Of a DNA stretch of 64,000 nucleotides, positions 61,710-64,000 are shown one piece after another. The notes beneath the pieces are model-generated. The model ran no database searches. It worked only from the letters and a program-made list of their open reading frames with translations, and was not told where the DNA came from. Each line of letters starts with the position of its first letter. The stretch's first letter is position 1. Origin of the DNA: an uncultured Gemmatimonadales bacterium (GTDB lineage: Bacteria > Gemmatimonadota > Gemmatimonadetes > Gemmatimonadales > Gemmatimonadaceae); assembly GCA_963850905.1 (NCBI GenBank), contig CAWKMU010000003.1, positions 2,464,001 through 2,528,000 of the forward strand. Reading direction: 5' to 3'. Position numbers and translations under genes: made by a program.

Positions 61710-62756
61710 ATGTCGTTTCGTGACCTGAACGAGCGCGAATGGCGGATTCTCGAGGCCGTCGTCCAGAGCTACGTGGAAACCGCGGAGCCCGCGGGGTCCC
61801 GTACCCTGGCGAAGCGGTTCGGGCTCGGCTTGTCACCGGCGACGATTCGCAACACGCTGAGCGACCTGGAGGAGAAGGGATACCTCTACCACCCGCATAC
61901 GTCGGCCGGCCGGGTCCCAACCGATCGCGCCTACCGCATGTACGTGGACTCGCTCGCCCAGCTGGCTCCGCTCGCTGCCCAGGAGCGGGACCGCCTGATC
62001 GAGCGGATTCTCGCCGGCGGGTCCGCGATCGAGACCGTGCTCCGCTGCGCGGCGCAAAGCCTCGGGATCCTCACTCAGGAGTTGGGGGTCGCGCTCGGAC
62101 CCCGTCTCGAAGAGACGGTGCTGCGGCACCTCGAGCTCGTCCGGTTGTCGGCCGAGCGGTTGCTGCTGGTCATGACGCTCGAAGGCGGGGCGATGCGCAC
62201 CATCTTCGTGGAGGCGCCGGGCTCGTTGGCCGACGAGACGATTGCCGAGGTCACGGTCGTGCTCAACGAGCGCCTGTCGGGCCTCACGGTACGTGAGATT
62301 CGGGCCTCGCTCGCCGACCGCCTCCGGGACAGCGTTCCAGCGGTGGGCCCAACGCGAGAGCTCCTGAACATCTTCGTCCAGGAGGGGGACAGCGTCTTCG
62401 ATGTGCCAATCGCGAACGAGAGTGGCAACGTCGTGCTGGGCCAGGCGTCGGTGCTCGCCGAACAGCCGGAGTTCGCGACCGGGGACAGCTTACGGCGCCT
62501 GATCGAGCTCACGGAGACGCGGGACCAGCTGGCGGAGTTGCTTCGCCAACGGAGCGCAAAGCCCGGCATCTCGATCACCATTGGAAACGAGCACGCCGAT
62601 CCCCGTTTCGGAAATCTCACGATTGTCACCGCTGAGTATCGCGCCGGACCGTTTGGAGGGGTCATCGGTGTCATTGGGCCGACCCGGATGCCCTATGAGA
62701 AGGTGATCTCGCTCGTCAGCCATACGTCGCGGCTGGTCACTGACCTACTCGGTTGA
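61710..62756 (+). CDS. hrcA: Heat-inducible transcription repressor HrcA
   Basis: Motifs IL.AVV..YV.T.EP.GSR, SPATIRN.L.DLEE.GYL..PHTSAGRVPT..AYR.YVD and GVIGPTRM.Y. Confidence 0.97.
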   Translation: MSFRDLNEREWRILEAVVQSYVETAEPAGSRTLAKRFGLGLSPATIRNTLSDLEEKGYLYHPHTSAGRVPTDRAYRMYVDSLAQLAPLAAQERDRLIERILAGGSAIETVLRCAAQSLGILTQELGVALGPRLEETVLRHLELVRLSAERLLLVMTLEGGAMRTIFVEAPGSLADETIAEVTVVLNERLSGLTVREIRASLADRLRDSVPAVGPTRELLNIFVQEGDSVFDVPIANESGNVVLGQASVLAEQPEFATGDSLRRLIELTETRDQLAELLRQRSAKPGISITIGNEHADPRFGNLTIVTAEYRAGPFGGVIGVIGPTRMPYEKVISLVSHTSRLVTDLLG

Positions 62757-62861
62757 CCGCTGCGGACGGCACGGGGATGGGCTCTCGGGCCGCCCAGTGC
62801 TGCTATCTTGTACGTACCCGTAAACCCCCACCCGCGATGTTGATTGCCTGACCCACGAGCC

Positions 62862-63981
62862 ATGGCAGACTATTACGCCGTCCTCGGCGTTCCGCGCGAT
62901 GCGAGCGCCGAAGACGTCAAGAAGGCGTACCGAAAGCTCGCCATGCAGTACCACCCCGACCGCAACAACGGGTCGAAGGACGCCGAGGAGCAATTCAAGG
63001 CGATCACGGAGGCGTACGACGTGCTCCGCGATGCCGACAAGCGCCAGGTGTACGATCGCTTTGGCGAGGCCGGATTGCGCGGTGGTGGTGCGCCGCACGT
63101 CGATCTCGCGGATGCGCTCAACATCTTCATGCGCGATTTCGGTGGGTTCCCCGGGCTGGGTGATCTGTTCGGGACGCGCGGGCAGCCGACCCGCTCCGGC
63201 GGCGACATTAAGCTGGTGGCCGAGCTGACCCTCGCAGAGGTCGCGCAGGGCGTGGAGAAGTCATTCACGGTCAAGTTGCTCGACTCGTGCGATGCCTGCA
63301 CCGGCACCGGCGCGGACCCGGGAACGAAGCCCCAGCGCTGCCCCACGTGCGCAGGCTCAGGCGAGGTGCGTCGCGCGCAGCGGTCGTTCTTCGGCCAGTT
63401 CGTGAGCGTCGCACCATGCCCGACATGCGGCGGCGAGGGAAGCGTGATCTCGACGCCATGCAAGAAATGCCGTGGCGACGGGCGCGTTCGCGCGGAGCAC
63501 ACGATCGTCGTTCGCATTCCGGCTGGCGTCGCGACTGGCCAGTACATGACCCTGCGCGGACAAGGCAATGCCGGACCCCGCAGTGGACCGAAAGGCGATG
63601 TCATTGTCGTTTTCCAGGTAGCCGACGACCCGCGCTTCGAGCGAGACGCGGAAGATCTGTACACGGAAGCGCTCGTGTCCTACACGCAGCTCGTCTTCGG
63701 AGCCGAGTTGCAGGTGCCGACGGTCACCGGAACCACGACGGTGACGGGTCCCCGCCGGGACGCAGAGCGGCCATGTGTTCGACGTCCGTGGCCGCGGGCT
63801 CCCGCGCGTGAACGCTTCAGGCACGGGCGACCTCCACGTGCGCGTGCAGCTCTGGACTCCCGATGAGCTCATGCCGACTGAGGACGCGCTACTCCAGCAA
63901 CTCTCGCAAGTCGAGTCCAAGCCCCCGCAGACACGAGCCAAGGGGTTCTGGAAAAAGATGAAGGAGGCGCTCGGCGCCTAG
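62862..63981 (+). CDS. dnaJ: Chaperone DnaJ (probable indel near 63745)
   Basis: J domain (DYY.VLGV, HPD), four CxxCxGxG repeats. The C-terminus continues in the 63775..63981 frame. Confidence 0.96.
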
Positions 63982-64000
63982 GAGGATCGACGGATCGCTG

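Noticed and set aside
61630..63790. Single frameshifts near the 3' ends of hemW and dnaJ as regulatory recoding
   Set aside because: The assembly is demonstrably indel-prone, and a one-base correction restores ordinary C-termini.

Overview
This is a GC-rich bacterial chromosomal window. Gene content and order suggest Gemmatimonadota, but that is an inference. Order: accC (partial)-comB-ftsK; a 3-gene glycan-tailoring insert (class I SAM methyltransferase, GT-C-like membrane protein, FkbM methyltransferase); yraN-recA-recX-alaS; hypothetical, CpsB/CapC phosphatase, asparaginase, cca, hypothetical, rarA and hflX. These run directly into a ~27 kb surface-polysaccharide cluster (19.8-46.6 kb) containing a WecA/TagO-like initiating transferase, Wzm/Wzt, ~10 glycosyltransferases, FnlA/FnlB-like enzymes, an (alpha/alpha)-barrel prenyltransferase-repeat-like protein, a Wzy-like membrane protein, a NodU/CmcH carbamoyltransferase, two further NAD-dependent epimerases and two tandem UDP-GlcNAc 2-epimerases. 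Then come tRNA-Val(CAC), a DUF763 gene, tRNA-CAT (probably Ile2), a stand-alone susC/susD pair, a hypothetical, a heptose kinase, mlaEFD, obgE, dprA, hemW, hrcA and dnaJ. alaS and most of 22-46 kb carry many single-base indels, most plausibly long-read consensus errors, so coordinates there are approximate. I found no CRISPR array, transposase, integrase, prophage or recognisable defence system. The most distinctive non-coding signal is a two-copy palindromic element (53.9 and 58.5 kb) built from inverted YTRGRCG heptamer arrays around a GC hairpin. Other notable signals are recurrent TANNNT-N5-7-ATG (leaderless) starts, an anomalous hflX start and candidate LexA/CIRCE sites. I cannot claim a clearly novel system from the sequence alone. 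The best candidates are the heptamer element and the uncharacterised tailoring enzymes of the glycan locus.
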